Origin: Octopus sinensis
Taxonomy: Eukaryota
Length of the DNA stretch: 64,000 bases
Assembly: GCF_006345805.1 (NCBI RefSeq)
Contig: NC_043020.1
Span: 18,538,001-18,602,000, forward strand
Direction of reading: 5' to 3'
The notes beneath the pieces were generated by a model, which saw only the letters and a program-made list of their open reading frames with translations, was not told where the DNA came from and searched no databases. A program made the translations under genes and the position numbers. Below are positions 24,122 through 36,970 of the stretch, piece by piece. Position 1 is the first letter of the stretch. The number at the start of each line of letters is the position of its first letter.

Positions 24122-25327
24122 TATTTTAATCACCTTATTTTGAAATTGAATGGATAATACCGTACTAAATTCTGGTGCCTTAACTTAAATACCACATTCA
24201 TCTGAATTTAAATGTTTGCTGACTCATATATGTATACTATCTATATATATATATATATATAATATTATTATATATATATATATATAATATATATATAATA
24301 TAATATATATATATATATATTATATAACAAGCTTCTTTCAGTTTCCGTCTATCAAATCCACTCACAAGGCTTTTGTCAATCCGAGGTCATAGTAGAAGAT
24401 ACTCGCCCAAGGTGCTATGCCGTGAGATCGAACTCGGAACCATGTAGTTGGAAAGCAAACTTTGTACCGCGCAGTCACGCTTGCAACTATTTTTAGCAAA
24501 ATTAACACAAGGATTCTGAAAGTCAAAGGCTTCCAGCAATAACCATCACATTTTTTTATCCAGAATTTAATTATACAAATGTAACCTCATCTTGTTTTTT
24601 TTTTTTTAAAGTATACACTCTGGTTTAGGGAGATTTATATGCCATTTCTTGTGTTGCTGTGATGGTTGCGTCGCTCTAGGTCAGCCCGGCTCGAGCAGAT
24701 CCAGTGGTAAATATCCAAATCTAAATATCTCATATTACACTCCTAAATATGCCTCGCTCCTATGTAAGACAGTAGGGTATGAGACTCAGGGCGATTTAGG
24801 TGCGATTTCTACGAAGTCTAACAACTGCTTAAATTGATTGTTGCTTAGTCAATGTATATCTAAGATCACAGTGTTCAGTGTGCCATTTTTGCTTATGTAG
24901 AGTGTAGTTTAAGGGACGTTTAGCTGTTATGATGGCTGTGTTCTTATGGAAAATAACGAGAATTTATCAATGTTATTAATATTATTGTCGTGGTTGTTTA
25001 AGCACCCCACGATTAGGACACATTGAGCATTCCATCAGGTTTTCAAGTATACTGTACCTAGGATTACATTGTTCAACGGGTGCTTACTTTTTCCAAGGTG
25101 GTGTTGTGAGATTTGAGGGAGATATGACAGCTATTTCTAGTTGAATGGTTGACTACATAGAATCTCCCTTGCTGACTCCAATATGTGAGCTTTATATTCA
25201 GCTTTAAGAGGGCAGAACATCACAGCAAAAGTGGATGCATTCAATAAACCGCATCCTCATCCCCACTTAAGCTAAAATCATGGCTAAAAGTATTTTCTGC
25301 TGATGGTTTTGTATGATATCTCCCTCC

Positions 25328-25415
<88 letters not shown>

Positions 25416-25474
25416 ATATATATATATTATATATATAATATATATATATATATATAGATATATATATATATATA

Positions 25475-25608
25475 CTTTATTTTAAGCAGCAGAAAATTCA
25501 ACAAAATCTGTTACTCTGAGTTTCTCGTGAGCAAAAACTGTCTGATGAACGGCCACGAGAAAATAAGAGTAACAGATTTTGTTGAATTTTCTGCTGCTTA
25601 AAATAAAG
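25475..25608. repeat. 134-bp hairpin with ~43-bp perfect arms and a hammerhead-like motif (25538-25575, +)
   Basis: CTTTATTTTAAGCAGCAGAAAATTCAACAAAATCTGTTACTCT and its exact reverse complement; CTGT-CTGATGA...GAAA...GTA-ACAG. Confidence 0.85.
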
Positions 25609-25935
25609 CATATTACTCTACCACTGGTATTTGAGTACTCTTTTTTCCACCTTGTTTCACATTTATGTGTTTACTCCGGTATACATATATATATATATAT
25701 ATTACTCTTTTACTCTTTTACATGTTTCAGTCATTTGACTGTGGTCATACTGTAGCACTGCCTTTAGTTGAGCAAATCGACCCCAGAACTTATTCTTTGT
25801 AAGCCTAGTACTTATTCTATCGAACGCTTTTGCCGAACCGCTAAGTTACGAGGACGTAAACACACCAGCATCTGTTGTCAAGCGATGTTGGGGGGGACAA
25901 ACACACACACACAAACACACACACAAACACACATA

Positions 25936-25970
<35 letters not shown>

Positions 25971-26873
25971 GATGGCTTCTTACAGTTGGACAGTGGGGTC
26001 GATGTAATCAGACTTAACCCCTCCCCCGATATTGCTGGCATTGTGCCAAAATTTGAAACCAAAATGGATTCTTGACAATCCATATTCTTGACAATAAAGA
26101 ACTGGGAAAATACCGCAAGACATTTTGTCCGATGATCTAACTAGTTAGCCAATCGAATCTCTTTAAATTACCTCGACATTTGATGATATATTGACCTCCC
26201 AGGACTGGGAATTTTTCAAATATATACATAAATCAGGGAAGCTAATATGATAAATATGTTATCCACAAAACCCATTTCCACAAATTATGTTTGTTGCAGA
26301 ATTTGAAAATCTACCGTAATAGCAGTTAAGTTCAGTTTCATCAAATGATTATGATGTTTGCTTTTGCAACGACAAGATCAAACCAAGGTCGATCACATTT
26401 CGTAGCATCTGGGGCAACTGTCCTTTGCTATAGCTTCAGCGCAATCTATACCTTGCGAGTGAAATTGGATGGGCAGAAACTGAACAGAAGCCTCTACCTG
26501 CGATTCAAAAAGCACAACCTTATCAGACTGTATCACTCTGATTCTAGCTGAGAATTACAACAAAGGCACACGTGTCTGTGGAATACTCAGCTATTTACAC
26601 ATCTATTCTGGAGAAGTTTATTCACTTGACTGAACACCTAAATCCGCATCGTCGAACGTCAGAGATCCACCGCCGTGCGTGTGTGTATGCGTGCATGTGT
26701 GTAGACATACAGAGAAAGGGCTTCTACATAGCTTTCGTCTGCCGTGTTGCATTTACAAGATGTTGATCCTTCTAGCCTATGTTACAGTAGAAGATACGCG
26801 CAGCGAGGTGGAGCCGAGAACTTGGTGACGAAATGAATATCTTTACCACACACAGCTATTTGCACAGATTACA

Positions 26874-26927
26874 TTTCTTCTTCTTCTTCTTCTTCTTCTT
26901 CTTCTTCTTCTTCTTCTTCTTCTTCTT

Positions 26928-26958
<31 letters not shown>

Positions 26959-27035
26959 TTCTTATTATTCTATTATTATTTTATATTATTATTTATTTAT
27001 TATTATTATTATTATCATTATTATTATTATTATTC
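26874..27035. repeat. (TTC)n followed by (TTA)n microsatellite
   Basis: Direct inspection. Confidence 0.95.
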
Positions 27036-27539
27036 CGAAGACCAATTTTGATTCAATATTTGATTTGTCAGTAATTCTTACATCATACTTTTGTGAGGAA
27101 GTTGAAATTTTATAAATGGGTAAAAATACAATATGTTCGTTTTTGCTATTTAAAAAAAAAGTTTTGAAGAAATAATAAATGAAACAAATAGAAAAAATTC
27201 AATTATTTTTCGATACGAATTCAAATTTAAGTTAAAAAAAAAAATTTTTTTTCATTAAATTTCGATTTCCTTTCGAATTTCTAATTCTATTTCTAATGCA
27301 TTTTCTACATTTATTGTCACCTTCTTCGATATATCAAATCATCTCACATTTAAATTTTCAAATAAAATAAACAAAACGAAACTTCTTATCGTTAAAGAAT
27401 GAGTCTCTTAACCCCAGCAAGATTTAACCTAACAAGTTCATTAGCACTGATTCCAGTTCATAAAAATCACATTTTTGTTTTTAATTTGAATTTGAAAACA
27501 AAAATGTTATTCGATCCAAGGTAACATTGATGTTAGCTA

Positions 27540-27990
27540 AACACGGCGAGTTGGTAGAATCGTTAGCCCGCCGGGCAAAATTCTTAGCGGTATTTCGTTC
27601 GTTTTTACGTTCTGAATTCACATTCCACGAGATCGACATTGTTTTTCATTGTTTCGGGGTTGATAAAATAAGTACCAGTTGAACACTGGGGATTGATGTA
27701 ATCAACTTACCCCATCCCCCAAAATTGTTGGTCTTCTGCCAAAATTTTAAACCAGTATTGAAGTCAGCGAAGGCGGTGAGTTGGCAGAATCGTTAGCACG
27801 CCGGGCGAAATGCTTGGCGATATTTTGTCCGTTTTTACGTTCTCAGCTGAAATTCCGCTACGGTCGACATTGCCTGTCATTCTTTTAAAAGCGATAAAAT
27901 AAATACCAGTTGAACATTAGGGGTCGAAATATCGACTCAGCCCCTCTCACGAAATTTCTGGCAATGTGCCGAAATTTAAAACCAGCATTG
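27540..27990 (+). mobile_element. Two tandem SINE family B copies
   Basis: GGCGAGTTGGTAGAATCGTTAGC...GGGGTTGATAAAATAAGTACCAG repeated at about 27540 and 27770. Confidence 0.85.
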
Positions 27991-28399
27991 GTCCACAAAG
28001 CCTATGCCGAATTTGACCAAGTCTAGCATTGTTCTTCGGGCGACATACACTCTTTTCTTACAAGTATTGTTATAACAATACTAAATTGTCTTATTTATCC
28101 CTGTCCATGCTATATTGAAGCAAACATTTGCCCGTGTACTAGCCTGTCGAAAGTTAAACAAAACACTGAGACTTATTCCTGAGGGACACCAGTCACCCAA
28201 AGATCAAGTAGATACTTTAATAATTTAAGGTGAAGCATCAGTTGTCTACCTTGAAATACAAATGCGTTAGGCAAAGAAGAATATTTGATATTAAATATCA
28301 CACACACACACACACACATATCTTAATTTGTGGAAAATAATTTACTACAAATCAATTGGATCGGTTTCATTTTAAGATCAGTTGTTGTTTTATGGAACT

Positions 28400-28765
28400 C
28401 ACTCTTTTTTTACTTGTTTCAGTCATTTGTCTGCGGTCATGCTGGAGCACCGCCTTTAGTCGAGCAAATCGACATATTCTTTGTAAGCCTAGTACTTATT
28501 CTATCGGTCTCTTGTGCCGAACCACTAAGTTACGGGGTCGTAAGCACACCAGCATCGGTTGTCAAGCGATGTTGGACACACACACACACACACACACACA
28601 CATATTATATATATATATATGTACGACGGGCTTCTTTCAGTTTCCGTCTACCAAATCCACTGACAAGGCTATAGTAGAAGACACTTGCCCAACGTGCCAC
28701 GCAGTGGGACTGAACCCGGAACCATAAGGGTCGTAAGCAAGCTACTTACCACACAGTCACTCTTA
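28400..28765 (-). mobile_element. SINE family A full copy
   Basis: Same head, body and tail modules with internal (TA)/(TG) repeat. Confidence 0.85.
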
Positions 28766-29808
28766 CGCTTATGATAAAACGTAAAGAAAACGCAGACATA
28801 CTTGAATTCAGATGTTCTAACACTTTCAATCTGAGACGGGACAAAACTGATTAGGCCTTTTCTGCAAGAACAAAGACTGGGTCACAGAGATGAATGAGTA
28901 GCTAAGTTTACTTTCATACGTGGTTCTGTGTTTCTTCTCGCTTCGTCGAAACTTTCCTCTGCCAACCATAGCTTCTGGTTTACCAATAACTTGCAACTGG
29001 AAACTTAGTGAACGGAAACTGAGCGGATACTTGTCGTGTAGTATTAATGGTTGTCTCTCGAGATCGAAAAAGAATGTTTGGTAATGTCTTACTGAACAAG
29101 CCGGACAGGTGGTTTGGTCGTAGTGATGAAATGTATGAGCTATACATAAGTTTCCTCCCTCCATCAAATCAACATTTCCTATACACCGTGCGTAACATGT
29201 CAGTAGATGTGTGCGTATGTGTACACACACGTACGCACACACAAACACACAGATACACGCAGACACACACATAGCCCTGCACCTATATATATATACACAC
29301 GCACACACACATATACATACATACGTATATATATATATATACATACAGACACAGGCGTAACTGTGTTGTAAGAAGCTTCCCAACCTCATGGTTCAAGGTT
29401 CAGTCCCATTGCATGTCATCGTGATCAGGTGTCTTCTACTATAGTCTCGGACCGACCAAAGTCTCGTAAGTGGATTCGGCAAACGGAAACTGAAAAAACT
29501 CCGCCCTCGTTATCTCCCCTACTTTCCTTCTCGTGTTTGACCCTTCTGTCCGGCACTAGTCGCCATGATAGATCGTTAGCCACTACACACAATTGTTTCT
29601 CTCCTTGTTTTTTCTGTGTCCCTTTCTGTAGAAGACCGTAGGCTCGAAACGTAAAAGACTTTTTCTATTCCTGAGCGTCATACTAATACATCTGTTTGTT
29701 TTGTACACCACCTGTCTTCGTCTTTTGTTTATTTCGTAAACTCTCTCTCTCTCTCTCTCTCTCTCACTATATATATATATATATATAATATATATATTAT
29801 ATATATTA

Positions 29809-29847
<39 letters not shown>

Positions 29848-31193
29848 GTTAAATTTTATAGAAAAGAAAAGCGGTATAACAACATCCATACGAGCACTAA
29901 GAAAGTATATATCTTTCAATAATTAATGTTGTATGGAATTTAATACACCTGTATTTCTCTGTGCTATTCAAACATGCTACTGGTTACAAGTTATTTTTCT
30001 TAGCTCATCTTTGTTTAGAATATTCAACTTAGATTATTTCTATGCCATAAGAGTTTTCTACTCTCTTTTTTTTTTGTATATTTCTGAATCCTTTGGCTAC
30101 AAAAAATCAAACTGGTCAATTGTTATGTTGATGTCCGCAACTCTCTCTCTTTTTATTTTATTTTTAGACAATAACTGTCCTTTCTCATCATGCCATATCA
30201 GTTTTGGAGAATCTTGAATCTTGATTTTTTCTCTCTCTTCTTAAATGCTTAATTGCTTTTTGGTAACTATGGTAATCTTCTAAAGGAGGACATAATTTTA
30301 AGAAATCAAGAATATTTGTTGTATGTTATTTGATATACTTATATTTGTCTATGTTATTCAAATGCATGACACTGGCCATTTTGAATTGTTCAAATGACAA
30401 AATCACTGCATTTTGTGAATAATGGCGTCGTTGATTATAGGATTGTAAACGATCAACCACTGACTGAAGCGTGTCTTAGAAGAGAGCCATTTTAGTCAAT
30501 CCTTAAACTGACTTCCCATTTAATTCTCAAGAGATCAACATTTTCGTCATACCGCTACGAACGGTCACCAACACAATTCGACTGAAACTCGTTGAAAATT
30601 ATTATAGCAAGATTTCGCAGGCCTCAGAAGTTTTCTTTAATTTATCTTTTCTTTTTTATTTCTTTTTTTCATTTTCTTTTGTGTTTGATAGACTTTCAGA
30701 TATACAGGTCTGCTGTATAACTGTTATTCAACCTTTTGACACGGTCTGACGTTCGTATTTTTAGGTTAAAATTTTCAGTTTGTCTACAAATTTTCATGTT
30801 TCATCGCTGCCATATCTCCTTCCCGCACCTTTTGGCCGCTTTCCTATATTTACAATGGCTACAGAGACAAAGGAGCAACTCTGAAATACTCTGCTATCAT
30901 TATAGTTCTACATCATTAGCCAAGATACTTAACTGTCAAGAACCAATCCACATGGCTGGAAATAGGCGCCACACTGAGCCGTAGTTTAATAAATTCTATT
31001 CACGGCCAAGACATTTACAACAACAAGAATAACAAGAGTTAAGCACGAGAACATGATTGTGTGCCACAAGCGAGTATTTTAGCTGTATCCTGTTGAATAC
31101 AGGAATACATTGCGTAATTATAGTGGATGTCAAAGATTAGTGAAGGTTCGTGAGAATATTGCCGGAACGAAAGAAACTTGAAAGAAGCAACAG

Positions 31194-31235
<42 letters not shown>

Positions 31236-31308
31236 GCATATGTCTATATGTATATGTATGTATATATTCATGTGTGTGTTATTGTATGTATGTATGTATG
31301 TATGTATG

Positions 31309-31339
<31 letters not shown>

Positions 31340-32004
31340 GTATGTATGTATGTATGTATGTATGTATGTATGTACGCATGTATGTATTGCCGTGGGATTT
31401 ATACAAAAGGATTTTCTTGTAGATGAAACGAAATATCAATGAGCTAATAGAGAAGAAACACACACGTAACATCTCATATGAGGATAATAGAAATTTATAT
31501 CTGGTAGACGAAACGTAACGAAGGAGTGAAGAGATAAAGACTGCAATGTATACGTTTGATATACACTGGTGGAGGCAGATCTATTGAAGGAGGAACCAAC
31601 CTTTCTGATTAAAGTTCCTTAGTTTCTTTCTTGATATCTTTGGCATCTTTCCGTACATTTCTTAACATTGGTTCTTGTTTTTATTGTTTAGCCCTTAGCA
31701 AGCCATAATCAATCAGACTTGTACTACGATACACAGGTAAGTCAGTTGCAATTCATATATTTGATCTTGCAGATATTCCAATTCCATATTTCGCCCTAGT
31801 AGAATACCATTCTGTGAACTTTTCTTATATGAAGGAGAAGGGGGCCGCTTATGAAACCAAGTGTGCTTACTGTTTTAAATGTCCTCAATCTCGTCTGGTT
31901 TTCAATGCCAGCAGGTACTGTTAGTGGCCGCAGCAGATGTTGGTGGACGAACTCGCTCGAATTACAACGACAGCTCTACTTTAGAGCATGTCTATATCTA
32001 TATC

Positions 32005-32565
32005 GGGGGTATGCGTGGCTGTGTGGTAAGGATCTTGTTTCCCAACCACATGGTCCCGGGTTCAGTCTCACTGCATGGTACCTTGGGCAGGTGTCTCTTC
32101 TATTATAGTCTCGGACCAACCAAAGCCTTGTGAGTGGATTTGCTAGACTGAAGCTGAAAAAAGCCCGTCGTGTGTGTGTGTGTCTTTGTGATTGTGTTTG
32201 AATCCTACCACCACTTGACAACCGGTGTTGGTTTGTTTATGTCCCGTAACTTAGCAGTTCAGCAAATGCAACTGATAGAACACGTAGGGCGATTTGTACT
32301 GAGGGCGATTTGTTCGACTAAAAATTCTTCAAGGTAGTGCCCCAGCATGGCCGGAGTCTAAAAGAATCTACCTTTTAGCTTTTACTTTCTTTAATGCTTG
32401 GACTGTGGCCATACTTGAACACCGCCTTGAAGGGTTTCGTCGAATGCATAGACCCCAGTACTTAATTTTTCTTTTTTTTTTTCAGCTTAGCTTTGTACAT
32501 ATTGTGTCAGTTTCTTACGCCGAACCGTTACGTTACGGGACAACCAGCATCGAGTGTCAAGCAGT

Positions 32566-32570
<5 letters not shown>
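32005..32570. mobile_element. SINE family A full copy (+, 32005-32360) followed by an inverted tail module (-, 32380-32570)
   Basis: GTGGCTGTGTGGTAAGGATCTTGTTTCCCAACCACATGG head. About 20 further whole or partial A copies occur across the window (e.g. 3540, 7880, 11880, 15820, 17440, 19625, 20305, 21600, 23400, 24325, 25700, 29345, 44340, 47620, 49440, 52640-53190, 63770). Confidence 0.8.
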
Positions 32571-32617
<47 letters not shown>

Positions 32618-33214
32618 TCCAAGGGTGGCATCTAACTATTATTCAAGCATAAACTGAAACATTCTTATTTCCAAAAATAGTTGCAAATATTGCATAATGA
32701 TTCCTATCCTTCTTATTCTATTATTTACTCTTAAGTCGGCGAGTTGGCAGAATCGTCAGCACGCCGGACAAAGTACTTAACAGCATTTCGTCCGTCTTCA
32801 CGCTCTGAGTTCAAATTCCTCCGAGATCGACTTTGTTTTGGTCCTTTCGAGGGTCGATAAAATAAGTCCTAGTGGGGTCGATGTAAACGATTTGCTCCCT
32901 CCCCCAAATTTCAGGCCATCCCCTTTGCACCTATAGTAGAAAGGATTATCTACCCTTTTCTTTATATATGGCGGCTCGAATAAACGTGAACAAATTGTAG
33001 CATTATAAATGGCTGGTATAAAGAATTTTGAGGTCATGAATGAACAGTTGACTGAAGATTAAAGGCCATGGTGAAAGCAGAAAGTGGGCATTTTGAATGT
33101 AAAATACCTACAAAATATTATCAATACATACAACAGTCAAGCTGTAAAGTTTCATTAACGAAAACCCAAACCTTTTTATGATAAAATGGATATGTAAATA
33201 TGTTTGCCGCAACA

Positions 33215-33293
<79 letters not shown>

Positions 33294-34032
33294 AGTGAAC
33301 CCGGACGAGCTCTTGCTTGTAAAAAGAGGATATTTTAGTATTTTCAGTGAACACAGTATGTATAAGTTGAAGACAAGAATTTAAAAATTATCCTTATTTC
33401 AGACCTAAAGGTTATTAATTTCCGATATTAGAGGTAAATTTAAAACTTCAACCATTCTCCAGCCATCCTAAACAAGCTCGTTAAGAACCTAAGCAGATTT
33501 TACGACTACTCTTTAAGTGGATAATTTCCTATCACTCCAGTCCCCGTCATACGGATACACTATGGAAATATGTCTTCAGTGGAAAATTAATATGCAAGGG
33601 ATATTCCTTATTAAATACCTAAACCATGTAAGTTAATATTATTTGGTTCAACCTACCTTAAATAATTCAATGAATCAGGAAAGTTGCTCAATGACTTGAC
33701 GACCTATCTATTAACTGTTCTAAGGAACTATTCTGGTACGCACTAAGAACTGCTCATTCATTATTTTGTCACCTGAATTATAAAATGCAGTGGTAAGCTC
33801 TGACTAATGACGGAGTGAATCATGAGTTTTTACCGAATAGATTACATCTACCTCATGCGTTGACTACTTATACTCTTATTTCTATCTCCAAACATACACA
33901 AACCCACTTTTATATACACAGACGCATGCATACATGCATACATATATATATATATTCATGCATACATTCAAATATACATACATACACATATACATAATAC
34001 ATCAATACATATACACATATAAATAGCTATCT

Positions 34033-34068
<36 letters not shown>

Positions 34069-34081
34069 CTTTGTATGTATA

Positions 34082-34145
<64 letters not shown>

Positions 34146-34775
34146 TATATAATATATTTATACACACATACATATGCATGTAGGACAAATACAACTGTAT
34201 GAACGTGTTCACATAAATACACCCGTACGTACATACATACGTCCATATGGCGATACACAAATTTATCCGTTCGTATATACATAATTTCATGCATATATGC
34301 ATGCATGCATACATTCATGCATACATGCGTACATACATACACACAGACAAACTGACAGGCAGGCACCATACATACACTCATACACTCATACATACATACA
34401 CACATACATATATACATATGGACAGACAGACAAACTGGTAGACATCATGCATACATACATACATACAAACATACATACATACATACAAACATACAAACAT
34501 ACATACATACATACATACATCATACATACATACATACATACATACACACATACGTACATACAAACATAAATACATACATACATACATATACGCCTACATA
34601 CATACACACATGCACGGGCAGTCCTACTCTAAAGACTCTATATTTGCCCCACAGAATAAATTCCAAAGACTTGCTGCAGCATAACAAAAATAAATGAATA
34701 TGATTTAAAAACAAAGAAAAATAACCAAAAGCAAATAACGAAAAAAATAATAAACACAAAAATAAAAAGGCCTTA

Positions 34776-34865
34776 CTTCATCAGTACTACTACCACGGCT
34801 ACCACTACTACCCCCGCTACCACTGCTGCACAACAACAATAACAGCATTAATAACAGAATCAACA
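34776..34865 (-). CDS. Candidate exon 3' part encoding a signal-peptide-like segment
   Basis: MLILLLMLLLLLCSSGSGGSSGSRGSSTDE followed by GTAAGG donor, in a unique-sequence island (34776-35150). Confidence 0.3.
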
Positions 34866-35550
34866 TACAATAAATCTTCACCGACAGTTCTTGTGTATGT
34901 AATACGTTGAGCAAACCGTTGTAACGTTTTAAACGGCTGGTGCATCTTCCGTGTTTGAAACAGGCAGAGTGCGTGTGTTCGCTATTGTACACGGTGCTGT
35001 TCCTACGTGATGTTTTTCCGTGTTGAAAATAAAGATGGGAATGTGGACGGGGTTGAATTTTAATCAGCACCTTAACAATAGAAATTCATCGCTACCGTTG
35101 AACCGCCGTCTCAATAGGAACTTCATATCAAACATCCTCAGCCAACCTTTTAATAAGAAAGTTGGGCTTTAATAATTAGATTTTTCAAATCAACATACAC
35201 ACGCACACACATACACACACGTACACACACACGAACGCACGCACGCGTACACACGTGTATACGTACACACATTCACGTAACACACGCGAACCGACATAAA
35301 GATACAGACTCTCACGCAGGCATGGCACACATACTCATATACAAGATTATGTACACTCTCAGAAATACATGAGAACAATTATACACACATACACGGACAA
35401 AGAAAACTAACACTCTTATAATACGAATATATAAATACATATACATACACCGCACGCATTTTAATACAATATATAAATATGATTTGTACGTCTATGAATA
35501 TGCGTATGTAGGTATTATAACCACTTATATATATATATAATATAATATAT

Positions 35551-35582
<32 letters not shown>

Positions 35583-36091
35583 CATATATATATGTGTGTA
35601 TATATATATATGTATGTATATATATATATACTATATATATATATATATATATACATACATATATATACATATATATATGCATATACATATATATATGTGT
35701 GTATATACATATATATGTATATATGTATATACATATATATGCATATATATATACACATATTTACATACATATAAGTACATACATACATAATACGCACACA
35801 CATACATATTTATATCTATCTATCTTACACACACACACACATAAATGTGCAGGCATGTGTGTGTGCCTTTGTAAAGATGTATATGTAAATGTGTGCATGC
35901 ATGTGTGTATGCGTGTACAAATAAAGTTATGATTATATATATATATATATATATATGTATTAAACATTCATTATGTCAATATATAGACAGAAATACGTTC
36001 ACAAAATTTACAGATGCTTTGAAACTATACCGAAAAAATACGCAACTTATCTTCATAGATATTCAAACATAAAAACACACGAGATCACACA

Positions 36092-36149
<58 letters not shown>

Positions 36150-36345
36150 GAAGAATTCAGTTTTGTTTAAATTGACCAAAGTGTTTAATAAGCTTGGATA
36201 TTGTATATCGAATATTCTCGATTTTAGACAGATAGTTCAATGCAATCCGGACGCCATAACTTACGGACAAATTATAGTACACACATTAAAAAGACTGTCT
36301 GTGGTGAGCCTGCGTGCGCGCGTGTAAATCTAATATGTGTATGTG

Positions 36346-36392
<47 letters not shown>

Positions 36393-36824
36393 ATATATAT
36401 ATATACAGAGTGCGTCAAAAGTCACGCACAAAATACGTTCAATACACACCGGAATGCTCCAGCATGGCCACAGTCAAATGACTGAAACAAGTAAAAGAAC
36501 ATAAAAGAACATATGCTTCAATTTCTTAAAGTTGGATAAAATAATTAAAATAATGATGAATACACACGTACCTCTACATTCTAACCAAAATGTATAATAA
36601 AAATAATGGCAACATACTAGAAATAAAAGGTCAAATGATATGGTCCGTGACATTTGGCCCACCCGGTATATAGATAAATGTATTGTTTTACCTTGACTTA
36701 AAGTTTTGTTTCCCGACATTTTCCCTCATATGCATGTATATGTGCATGTGTGTATCCGTTCGTACGTGTATAAGGGAATATAGTGGTGTAAATATTTTAA
36801 ATTTTCAAATTTGTAATATATATA

Positions 36825-36872
<48 letters not shown>

Positions 36873-36909
36873 TAAAAAATTTGAAAATTTAAAATATTTT
36901 ACACCACTA

Positions 36910-36970
<61 letters not shown>

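Noticed and set aside
27540-27990. CRISPR-like repeat-spacer array or prokaryotic system
   Set aside because: Tandem SINE copies about 230 bp long; no short constant repeats with unique spacers and no cas-like ORFs anywhere in this eukaryotic window.
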